64,000 bases of DNA from Verrucomicrobiota bacterium (lineage in GTDB: Bacteria; Verrucomicrobiota; Verrucomicrobiia; Verrucomicrobiales; JBCCJK01). Location: assembly GCA_039027815.1 (NCBI GenBank), contig JBCCJK010000002.1:25610-89609 (forward strand). Direction: 5' to 3'. Within the stretch, counting starts at the first letter, position 1, and each line of letters begins with the position of its first letter. The notes beneath the pieces are model-generated. The model was not told where the DNA came from. It ran no database searches and saw only the letters and a list, made by a program, of their open reading frames with translations. The position numbers and the translations under genes are program-made. This document shows positions 39,500-47,151 of this stretch, piece after piece.

Positions 39500-41028
39500 A
39501 TCTGTCGATTTTGCTCGATGACTGGGCGGAACGCGCTCCGGAGAGAGCGGCGCTGGTGGAATCCCGGCCTCGACGGCGTGTTGTTTCCTATCGTGAGTTG
39601 GCGGAACGGGTGCGTGGGTTTTCGGGGGAATTCCGGGCGGCGGGACTGCAGCCAGGGGACGGTGTGGTGATTTTGCATCCGGTTGGGATCGGGTTTTATG
39701 AAATTCTGTTAGCTGCCTGGCGCGCGGGTCTGGTGGCGGTGATTGTAGATCCTTCACGTGGGCCGGATTTTGTGAATCGCTGTTGCCAACGCCTGCGTCC
39801 TAAGGCGCTGGTGGTGAGCCCATTAGCGGGCTGGCTGCGTATGCTTTATCCGGCTTTGCGACGGATTCCCGTTGTCTGGCAGGCGGGAGGATGGAGTCCG
39901 AGGGTGAGGCGATGGGTGCCGGCGAAAGGCGTTGAGGCAGAAGCGGTGGAGTCCACGCATCCGGCTTTGGTCACGTTTACCAGCGGCACTACGGGTGGGC
40001 CGAAGGCAGCGGTGCGATCGCAGGGCTTCTTGCTGGCGCAGCATCGCGCCTTGGCTTCGTCGATTTCGCTACGGGAAGGAGAAGTGGATTTGATCACGCT
40101 GCCGGTGTTCGCCATTGCGAATTTGGCATCGGGGCTGACTTCTGTCATTGCGGATATGGATCTGCGTCATCCGGCGCGGGTCCAGGCGGAGCGGATCATC
40201 GCGCAGGTGGCCGTAGAGCGGGTGACTCGTTGTGCTGCTTCGCCAGCGTTGTTTCAGGCCCTGTTACGAGGAAAGGCGTTCCCGGCATTCCAGGCCATTT
40301 ACACGGGCGGGGCGCCTGTCTTTCCGTCTTTGTTGCGAGCACTTCGGGAAGCTCGTCCAGAGATGTCGGTGTATTCGGTGTATGGTTCGACCGAAGCTGA
40401 GCCGATGGCGCATGTGGAAGAGGGTGAAATCGAGGAACGAGATTGGGAGAGGATGCGTGAAGGACGGGGGCTCTTGGTGGGAAAACCGGTGCCGGAGGTG
40501 CGGTTGGCTATCGTCGAGGATAGAGGAGGTCAGCCTTTGGCGGCGATGACGAAGGGGGAGTTTGCTCGCCTCGTGCGTGGTCGGGGGGAGATCGTTGTAG
40601 CAGGCGATCATGTGCTTCAGGGCTACCTCGATGGCGTGGGTGACGAGGAGACGAAGTTCCGTGTCGATGGCGAAACCTGGCATCGGACTGGCGATGCGGG
40701 TGTGTTGGATGAAAGGGGGCGTCTCTGGTTGCTGGGTCGGCTGTCGGCAGGCGTGGAGGTGGAGGGGCGGTATTGGTATCCCTTTGAGGTGGAGGTGCGC
40801 GTCGATGGTTTGGAGGGCGTGGCTCGAAGCGCGTTTGTGGAGATCGGAGGGAGGCGCTGGGTATTTGTGGAAACGATGGCTGGGGCTTCCCTCTGCGAAG
40901 GGCAGGTGCGGGCAGTGTTAGGAGAAGTGCCGGTGGATGAAGTGCGTTTGGTGAAGCGGATTCCTGTGGACAATCGGCATGAGGCGAAGGTGGATTATGT
41001 GAAGTTGAGAAGATGGCCGGGAATGTAA
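39496..41028 (+). CDS. AMP-dependent synthetase/ligase (acyl-CoA or acyl-AMP forming)
   Basis: ATGA overlap with the upstream gene. AMP-binding motif LVTFTSGTTGGPKAAV, YGSTEAEP, WHRTGDAG. Confidence 0.85.
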   Translation: MNLSILLDDWAERAPERAALVESRPRRRVVSYRELAERVRGFSGEFRAAGLQPGDGVVILHPVGIGFYEILLAAWRAGLVAVIVDPSRGPDFVNRCCQRLRPKALVVSPLAGWLRMLYPALRRIPVVWQAGGWSPRVRRWVPAKGVEAEAVESTHPALVTFTSGTTGGPKAAVRSQGFLLAQHRALASSISLREGEVDLITLPVFAIANLASGLTSVIADMDLRHPARVQAERIIAQVAVERVTRCAASPALFQALLRGKAFPAFQAIYTGGAPVFPSLLRALREARPEMSVYSVYGSTEAEPMAHVEEGEIEERDWERMREGRGLLVGKPVPEVRLAIVEDRGGQPLAAMTKGEFARLVRGRGEIVVAGDHVLQGYLDGVGDEETKFRVDGETWHRTGDAGVLDERGRLWLLGRLSAGVEVEGRYWYPFEVEVRVDGLEGVARSAFVEIGGRRWVFVETMAGASLCEGQVRAVLGEVPVDEVRLVKRIPVDNRHEAKVDYVKLRRWPGM

Positions 41029-41115
41029 CTCTTGGCGTTTTCCGGGTTGGAAGAATGGGTTCTCCCCCTTTTTTGCTCCCGATTTCGGTGCGGGTCGTGC
41101 TATTCTTTGTGGCGC

Positions 41116-42279
41116 ATGGAGATCCTTCTCGAGATCCTTTCCTTTCTGCGGTCCCAGCCGCAGGCGGCCGCTTTGGGCTTCGTTCTGGGGATGGCAGCCG
41201 TTTTGGTTTTCCTCTTTGGAACGAAGTTGGGCAAGGGGCTGGCCCACTGGCTGACGGGTCGCACCCAGCGGGCGCTCAGGAGGGAATTGGAAGCGCTCAA
41301 GGCGCGGATTGCTGAGACCGAAGAAGTCTTGGACCACGTGAAAGATCTCTCGAAGTCGATCTGGATCCAGCGGCCCGTGAAAGAGGGCGCGCCGGAAGCC
41401 CGCCCTTTGGAAGAGAAGTCCGCTCGCATCATTTCGGTCTTCAATCTCAAGGGCGGAGTGGGGAAAACCACCCTGACCGTCAATCTCTCGGCCGCGCTTT
41501 CCAAGATGGCCTTGACGCATCTGGGCGAACGAGAACCGCGCATCCTGATGGTGGATGCCGATTGGCAAGGGACGCTCACCGCGGGTTGTCTCGAGGGCCG
41601 GGATTACAGGGAGCTGGTGGCGACCAAGCGGATGACGGATCGTCTTCTGGTGAATGACCCCGAGTTCCCACTGGAGGTGGCCCATGCCACCCATCCTGTG
41701 CCCGGGCTCGAGCTAGTCCGCCTGCTGGGAGCGAACGGAGATCTCGGAACCCTGGAAGAGATCCAACTTCTCAAATGGGCCATCGGAGAAACCGAGCATG
41801 ACCCGCGCTTTGCCCTCCGCCGTTGGTTGCAGTCGACCGCTGTGCAGGAGTATTTCGACTACATCCTCATCGATTGTCCACCCCGGCTGAGTGCCGCTTC
41901 GGTGGCGGCCTTGGCGGCATCGGACTCGGTCTTGGTGCCAGTGGTGCCAGACGATTATTCCATGAACGCCGTGCCCATTCTTCTGAAAAGCCTCGGTCCT
42001 CTTGGTAACAAATTAGGCGTGCAGCTAAAAATCGCCGGGGTGGTCGTCAACCACGCCCCTCCCAATGGCCTCACCATGGTGATGGAGCGCAAGTTGAAGC
42101 AGTTGGAGAACGATCTCGAAATCGTTTGGAAGCAGCGGGTGGGGGTCTACTGGCAGGAGGAATGGGTCATTCGGCGATTCAACGGAGCTGCCTTGGAATC
42201 GGGGCCTTTCCCGGGTTTGCACTCGACGCAACGAGCCACCTTCGACGCCTTGGCCGAAAAGGTGGCTTCCATCACCTAG
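41116..42279 (+). CDS. Membrane-anchored ParA/MinD-like ATPase (TM helix, coiled coil, deviant Walker A)
   Basis: TM segment AAALGFVLGMAAVLVFLFG, coiled coil LRRELEALKARIAETEEVL, deviant Walker A ISVFNLKGGVGKTTLTVNLS, Walker B YILIDCPP. Confidence 0.7.
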   Translation: MEILLEILSFLRSQPQAAALGFVLGMAAVLVFLFGTKLGKGLAHWLTGRTQRALRRELEALKARIAETEEVLDHVKDLSKSIWIQRPVKEGAPEARPLEEKSARIISVFNLKGGVGKTTLTVNLSAALSKMALTHLGEREPRILMVDADWQGTLTAGCLEGRDYRELVATKRMTDRLLVNDPEFPLEVAHATHPVPGLELVRLLGANGDLGTLEEIQLLKWAIGETEHDPRFALRRWLQSTAVQEYFDYILIDCPPRLSAASVAALAASDSVLVPVVPDDYSMNAVPILLKSLGPLGNKLGVQLKIAGVVVNHAPPNGLTMVMERKLKQLENDLEIVWKQRVGVYWQEEWVIRRFNGAALESGPFPGLHSTQRATFDALAEKVASIT

Positions 42280-42286
42280 GAGAGCG

Positions 42287-42754
42287 ATGCGACTAGAAAA
42301 ACTCATCCGAGCCCTGCGAAAGACGGCCGCCCAGGTGCAAGCCGGCGGGAAGCGCGCGGAGGCCACCCGTTTCAACAAGGTGGCCGATGTCTTGGACGCT
42401 TACGGCTTGGGTCCGAGCAAGATCGAGGATCTCGGAAAGGAGTTGCAGGCGAGAGCCCCCAAAAAGCGGGCCCCCAAAAAGAAGGCAGCCCAAAAGAAAA
42501 CCGCCCGGCCGCTGGCGGAGCTGGTGGAGGGAGTGGTGGCTGGCTACCGAGCGGCCCAGGAGAAGGCCTATGCCAAGAGTCTCCGGGAAGAGGATTTGGC
42601 GGTCCTCAAAAAGACAGCCAACCAGCCCACGCTCCCGATCTTGCGGCAAGCCTTTCAGGAACTGGATCTTTCCATGCCGAGGACAAAACGGGCGGCGGTC
42701 GAGTTTCTTTGTGAATCCGTGAGGGAAAGCCAGCGGCGGGCCAGCCGGTGGTAG
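42287..42754 (+). CDS. Hypothetical Lys-rich protein (possible ParA partner)
   Basis: AGGAGAG SD-like sequence 3-9 nt upstream. Central APKKRAPKKKAAQKKTARP basic tract. I recognise no family. Confidence 0.45.
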   Translation: MRLEKLIRALRKTAAQVQAGGKRAEATRFNKVADVLDAYGLGPSKIEDLGKELQARAPKKRAPKKKAAQKKTARPLAELVEGVVAGYRAAQEKAYAKSLREEDLAVLKKTANQPTLPILRQAFQELDLSMPRTKRAAVEFLCESVRESQRRASRW

Positions 42755-42780
42755 TCTACGAACTAGGTCTTTTGCGAGTT

Positions 42781-42986
42781 ATACCAACCTCCAGAATTGG
42801 CTGGTATAATGGAGGGAAGGTGTTGTGGGGAAGAGGCGCTGAAGCGCGGGGAAGGAAGAGCCGGTGTCTTTCGAGACAGCGCTGGGTTGCTCCTCGGTTA
42901 CGGTGCCTGCACCGCGCCCTCGTCGCGCCTTGGTCTGGCCCGAAATCCACTCGGCCATTCTACCAGCCAATTCTGCAGCTTGGTAT
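42781..42986 (+). repeat. 206-bp MITE-like repeat, copy 2
   Basis: Same termini and length. Here the 5' arm reads gaattggctggta, a perfect complement of the 3' arm. The last base is shared with the TAA stop of the minus-strand rlmM-like gene. Confidence 0.85.
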
Positions 42987-43969
42987 TACCGCTGCGCCAA
43001 GAGCGCCAGTTCTCGATGATGGGGGCGGAGGAGTTGGAGGCGGATTTTTGAGAATTCCATTTCGCGGAGCGTGGCGAACCAGGCTTCTTTTTCGGCGACT
43101 TGCGTGGGGTCGGTCAGTTTCAGCGTCATGAGCGCTCCTCGGATGGTGGGGGCCATTTGGCAAAAACGGGCACACTCCTTGAGGATGACTTCCGGGGATT
43201 GGTTCATGTCCGAGAGAAACCAGGTGACTCCTCGGCCGAGTTCTTTCTTGCTGACGAGGGCCGCGGGTTTGCGGCAGTGGTAGAACCAGGCTTGGTCCTG
43301 TGGTGCCTGGGATCGCTTGGGGATGGCTTGCTTCATGACGACGTCGTCCAAGTTCGCGGGATCCACACCGATGACGGAGACGCCCCGGTTGAGCAGGGCC
43401 AGCACGACGCCACCGGGAGCGGCCCCGAGCTCGACGGCGATGTCCTTTTCAGAAAATTGTAGACCGAAGAAGCGGATGGCTTCTTCTAACTTCAGCCATG
43501 CCCGGGAGGGGGAAGTCTCCGGCATGACGAGGCCGGCGTCGCCTGCGGGGTCTCTGCTCAGGTGTTTCTGGTGACGATGGATGCCGGTCCAGAACTCTTC
43601 TTCACCCAGCTTGACGATGGTTCCCACGAGTTCGTCGGGATGGGGATGGTTCTTATCCGCTTCCAAAGGCACCCCCCGCATGCCTCGGTCTTGGTAGCGA
43701 GCTTGGTGAAGGACCTTGATTTCGCCGAGAAGGTCTTTGGCTTCTGCGTGACTGGCCGCTTTGCCGAGGGAGAGGCAGAGTCGGCGCGCGCAAGCGATCT
43801 CTGCTTGCAGGGAGTCGAGGGTAAAAGGCTCCTCGCCCTTAAAGGTCACGAACCCTTTCCGCTGATAGCTCAGGCGCCAGCCGAGCCCCATCGATTCCAC
43901 CTCCAGCTTGAGAGCTTTCTCGGTTCGCGGGTTGGTGAGGGCGAAGAGGAAGTCGGACTGCATGGTCAT
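42986..43969 (-). CDS. RlmM-like (FtsJ-type) rRNA 2'-O-methyltransferase with a THUMP-like N-terminal domain
   Basis: SPSRAWLKLEEA, VELGAAPGGVVLALL and WFLSDM are collinear with the RlmM/FtsJ family. Confidence 0.65.
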   Translation of the reverse strand: MTMQSDFLFALTNPRTEKALKLEVESMGLGWRLSYQRKGFVTFKGEEPFTLDSLQAEIACARRLCLSLGKAASHAEAKDLLGEIKVLHQARYQDRGMRGVPLEADKNHPHPDELVGTIVKLGEEEFWTGIHRHQKHLSRDPAGDAGLVMPETSPSRAWLKLEEAIRFFGLQFSEKDIAVELGAAPGGVVLALLNRGVSVIGVDPANLDDVVMKQAIPKRSQAPQDQAWFYHCRKPAALVSKKELGRGVTWFLSDMNQSPEVILKECARFCQMAPTIRGALMTLKLTDPTQVAEKEAWFATLREMEFSKIRLQLLRPHHRELALLAQR

Positions 43970-44006
43970 TCGAAGGGGAAAACCTGATTGAAATTCGGTC
44001 GGCTAG

Positions 44007-44020
44007 GATATACGTATATC
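44007..44020. promoter_or_regulatory. Perfect 14-bp palindrome GATATACGTATATC, candidate VapB operator
   Basis: Palindrome ends 5 nt upstream of the vapB ATG in an AT-rich intergenic gap. TA antitoxins usually autoregulate through such operators. Confidence 0.5.
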
Positions 44021-44025
44021 TTCAG

Positions 44026-44259
44026 ATGAAAACTACGGTCTTCACATCGGGCGGCTCCCAAGCGGTTCGCATCCCGAAGGAGTTTCGTTTCGACACCAAG
44101 CGGGTGGAGATTGAACGAAAGGGGGGTGCGTTGATTCTTCGTCCTGTCTTGGAAGACAATGCTTGGCCTAAGGGTTACATTGAAGCGATTCGGGAGCAGG
44201 CGGTAGGAGAGGATTTTGCGCGACCTCCACAAGGCGAGCATCGTGACGTGTCGTGGTGA
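44026..44259 (+). CDS. vapB: VapB-type antitoxin (AbrB/SpoVT fold)
   Basis: SGGSQAVRIPKEFRF motif, 77 aa, stop overlaps the vapC start (TGATG). Confidence 0.8.
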   Translation: MKTTVFTSGGSQAVRIPKEFRFDTKRVEIERKGGALILRPVLEDNAWPKGYIEAIREQAVGEDFARPPQGEHRDVSW

Positions 44260-44654
44260 TGGTGTTGCTCGATACTGATACGTGTATAGATATTTTGCGG
44301 GCGGAGCCAGCGGTCCTGGAGCGTTTCGCTGCGCTGCTTGGCAAGACGGCGTTTCTTTCTAGCATTTCCTACCATGAGCTGCGCTACGGCGCGCTGCACT
44401 CGTCTTCGCCTGAGCGGCATCTCTTGGCGTTGGCTACCTTTTTGGAACCTTTGCAGGTTCTTCCCTTTACGGTTACTTCCGCGAGGGTTTCTGCGGAGAT
44501 CAGTGAGGAGCTGACGAGAAAGGGTAAACGGATTGGTCCTCTGGATACCCTGATCGCGGGACATGCTCGCGAGCATGCGCTGACCCTAATCACCGGAAAT
44601 ACGCAGGAGTTTGGCCGGGTTTTGGGACTTCGGCTGGAGGATTGGAGAGGGTAG
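44259..44654 (+). CDS. vapC: VapC-type PIN-domain toxin
   Basis: MVLLDTDTCID start, ...PLDTLIAGHA...LITGNTQEF, acidic PIN residues in the expected order. Confidence 0.85.
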   Translation: MVLLDTDTCIDILRAEPAVLERFAALLGKTAFLSSISYHELRYGALHSSSPERHLLALATFLEPLQVLPFTVTSARVSAEISEELTRKGKRIGPLDTLIAGHAREHALTLITGNTQEFGRVLGLRLEDWRG

Positions 44655-44712
44655 CTGACTTGGTGCGCACTGATTTGGGAAGACACGGAGGTCGTCCCTC
44701 CGGGAGCGGTTA

Positions 44713-45396
44713 TTAGGGGTAGCGGTAGCCCGCGCCGTGGACGGTTTGGATGAGTTGGGGGTCGGTGGGGTCGGATTCGATTTTTTTGCGGAGTTGGCTG
44801 ATGTGCTGGTCGAGGCTGCGGCTGTGCGGGTAGTAGTCCAGGCCCCAGGCGTGCTCGTAAAGCTGGTCGCGGGTGATTACTTTTCCCCGGTGGCGATGGA
44901 GGAGTTGGAGGATCTTGAGGTCTCGGAGAGAGAGCTGGATTTCTTGGCCGTTTCTCAAGGCTCGGAGCTCGCTGGGCAGGACTTGGAGGGGGCCGAGGTC
45001 GAAGTCTTCGAGGGTGGCGTCTTTCTGGGTGAGGAGTTGGGTGCGGCGGAGGATGGCGCGGATGCGGGCCAGGATTTCGCGGACGCCGAAGGGTTTGGCG
45101 ATGTAGTCGTCGGCCCCGAGTTCGAGGCCGAGGACGGTGTCGATTTCTTCGGCTTTGGCGCTCAAGAAGAGGAGGGGGATGGCGGGGTCGGTGCGGCGGA
45201 TGCGTTTGCAGACTTCGTAGCCGTCGAGCTCGGGCATCATGACGTCGAGGCAGACGAGGTCTGGCTTTTCCCGGTTGAAGAGGTCGATGGCTTCGCGGCC
45301 GTTGGCGGCGGCGGCCACGGTGAAGCCTTCTTTCTCGAGGAGTTGGGTGAGGCCTTCCCGGGTGTAGCGATCGTCTTCGGCTATCAAAAGTTTCAC
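44713..45396 (-). CDS. OmpR-family response regulator
   Basis: GTG start. Receiver KLLIAEDD...DLVCLDVMMPELDG...LSAK. Winged-helix C-terminus IQTVHGAGYRY. Confidence 0.9.
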   Translation of the reverse strand: MKLLIAEDDRYTREGLTQLLEKEGFTVAAAANGREAIDLFNREKPDLVCLDVMMPELDGYEVCKRIRRTDPAIPLLFLSAKAEEIDTVLGLELGADDYIAKPFGVREILARIRAILRRTQLLTQKDATLEDFDLGPLQVLPSELRALRNGQEIQLSLRDLKILQLLHRHRGKVITRDQLYEHAWGLDYYPHSRSLDQHISQLRKKIESDPTDPQLIQTVHGAGYRYP

Positions 45397-45429
45397 TTTG
45401 GGAGTTTGCTCGTTTTCAGGATTCAGTTT

Positions 45430-47151
45430 TCAGGCGGACTGCTCGCTTCGCTTGGCAGTTTTTTGGATCAACGGGGAATCCGGAAGGGGGAGGGTGAGGA
45501 CGAAGTGGGCGCCTTTGCTGGATTCGCGGAGTGCGAGGGTGGCGTTCATTTCTTGGGCCAGGGTTCGGGCGATGCTGAGTCCGATGCCGGTGCCGCTCAC
45601 GCCTTCGGTCAGTTGGTCGCTCAGGCGGGTGAAGGGGGTGAAGATTTTTTCGCGGGCGTGTTGGGGGATGCCGGGGCCTTGGTCTTGGATGTGGATTTCG
45701 ATGCTCCCGTTGACGTCGTGGCTGGCGATGTGGGCTCGGCCTCCTTGGGCGGCGTATTTTTCGATGTTGCTGAGGAGGTTGCCTAGGATTTGCTCGAGGG
45801 CGTCGGGGTCGGCGGAGGCGGTTTGGGTGCTTTGGAGGTCGGTCTCGACGGTGATGCCGGCGGCGTCGAGGGTGGGTTGCCAGTGGGCGAGGGTTTGTTG
45901 GATGCAGGTGTTGGGGTTGAGGGGTTGGGGGTGGAGTTGGAGCTTTTGGCGGTCGGCGCGGGCGAAGCTGAGGACGTTTTGGATGAGCCGGGAGAGGCGG
46001 GAGCTTTCTTCCTGGACGATGTGGAGGGATTGCGCAGCGGGGTGGGCAGGGCCGCCGTCGAGGTCTTCGGCGGCCATTTCGGTGTAAAGCCGGATGTTGG
46101 TAAGGGGGGTTTTCAGTTCGTGGCTGACTTGGTTGACGAAGGAGACGCGTTGGGAGGCTTCGCGGAGGGCGCGGTTGTTTTCCCGGTAGAACCACCAGGC
46201 GAGGAGAAGGAGGACAAGGGCGAGGGCGGCCAGGTTGAGGAGGACGCTGAGGGGGAGGCCGGTCCGGGGGGCGGGAATGGTGGCAGAGTAGTAGTCGAGA
46301 GTCCAGCTTTCGAGAGGGGGGGAGAGGATGAGCGAGAGGAGGGGGACTTGGCTGGCCTCCGGGCGGTGGGCTCCCCATTGATGGAGGATTTCCCGGGTGG
46401 CGCTGCGCAGGACGATGCGGGTGTCCGGGAGGGAGGCTTTCCCGCCGAGCCGGGAGGGGAGGTCGCCGATGAGACGCGCCAGGAAGGCGGCGCGATTGAT
46501 TTCGGCGCCCAGGGTTTGACCGTTGTCGAGGCGGACCCAGTGGAGGAGGCCGATGTCGCTCCCATGAAAGAAGGCGTGCCAGCCGGTTTCCTGAGTGCTG
46601 ACACGAGCCCGGGGGAGGCTGCGCTGGCGGGCTTGTTTTAAGCCAAAGGCGGGGGCTTGAGAGCGCTCGGGCGCGAGGGGGGCGAGGAGGTCTTCTTCCA
46701 GCTCGTTTGGCGGGGGGGAAGGGCGGGCCGTTTCCTCTTCGCCAAAGCGGAGGCCAGAGGCCCAGATGGCCTGGGTGTGGTCGAGGAATTCCAAGGAGGC
46801 GGGGTTCCGGGTGTCGGGGGCGGGGTAGAGGAGTCGGGAATCGGCATCCAGGAGAAAGGCGTGGCGGACGAGGGGGGTGGCGATGGCGCTCGGTTCGAGG
46901 GTGGCGGCGGCCCTTTGGTAGGCTTGCAGAAGCTGCTGCTCGATGCGGAGCAGTTCGCTCCGAAAGGTGGCGTCGATTTCGTTCAGCTGCTGTTCGATGA
47001 GGGATTCGAAGCGTTCGGCGGTTTGCGTTTGTTCCTTGAGGCTCATTTCCCAAGCCAAGACCGCCAGAAGCCCGAGGGGGATCAGGACGAGCAGGGCGAA
47101 GGGGACTGAAGTTTTCAGGTTCAAGTTTTTATACCAACCTCCAGAATTCAC
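45430..47151 (-). CDS. Sensor histidine kinase (periplasmic sensor domain between two TM segments)
   Basis: HisKA SHELKTPLTNI. HATPase motifs NLLSNIEKY, DQGPGI, GTGIGLSIAR. Start is non-ATG: GTG 47151 lies inside repeat copy 3; the alternative TTG 47124 lies outside it. Confidence 0.85.
   Translation of the reverse strand: MNSGGWYKNLNLKTSVPFALLVLIPLGLLAVLAWEMSLKEQTQTAERFESLIEQQLNEIDATFRSELLRIEQQLLQAYQRAAATLEPSAIATPLVRHAFLLDADSRLLYPAPDTRNPASLEFLDHTQAIWASGLRFGEEETARPSPPPNELEEDLLAPLAPERSQAPAFGLKQARQRSLPRARVSTQETGWHAFFHGSDIGLLHWVRLDNGQTLGAEINRAAFLARLIGDLPSRLGGKASLPDTRIVLRSATREILHQWGAHRPEASQVPLLSLILSPPLESWTLDYYSATIPAPRTGLPLSVLLNLAALALVLLLLAWWFYRENNRALREASQRVSFVNQVSHELKTPLTNIRLYTEMAAEDLDGGPAHPAAQSLHIVQEESSRLSRLIQNVLSFARADRQKLQLHPQPLNPNTCIQQTLAHWQPTLDAAGITVETDLQSTQTASADPDALEQILGNLLSNIEKYAAQGGRAHIASHDVNGSIEIHIQDQGPGIPQHAREKIFTPFTRLSDQLTEGVSGTGIGLSIARTLAQEMNATLALRESSKGAHFVLTLPLPDSPLIQKTAKRSEQSA

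Noticed and set aside
31505-41028. Interpreting the block as a mevalonate pathway, or as a classical integrative genomic island.
   Set aside because: HMGR is the only mevalonate-pathway-type enzyme present. No integrase, recombinase, tRNA target or flanking direct repeats longer than about 6 bp were found at the borders. It is therefore reported only as a compositionally distinct operon.
42779-42970. Conserved 63-aa ORFs inside the 206-bp repeats (MAGRMAEWISGQTKARRGRG... on the minus strand, MEGRCCGEEALKRGEG... on the plus strand). They recur at 61169-61360, 9357-9755 and 61388-61696.
   Set aside because: They are conserved only because the DNA repeat is conserved. Both strands are open, there is no SD-like sequence, the ORF ends vary with flanking sequence, and the peptides are low-complexity. 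They are more likely non-coding.
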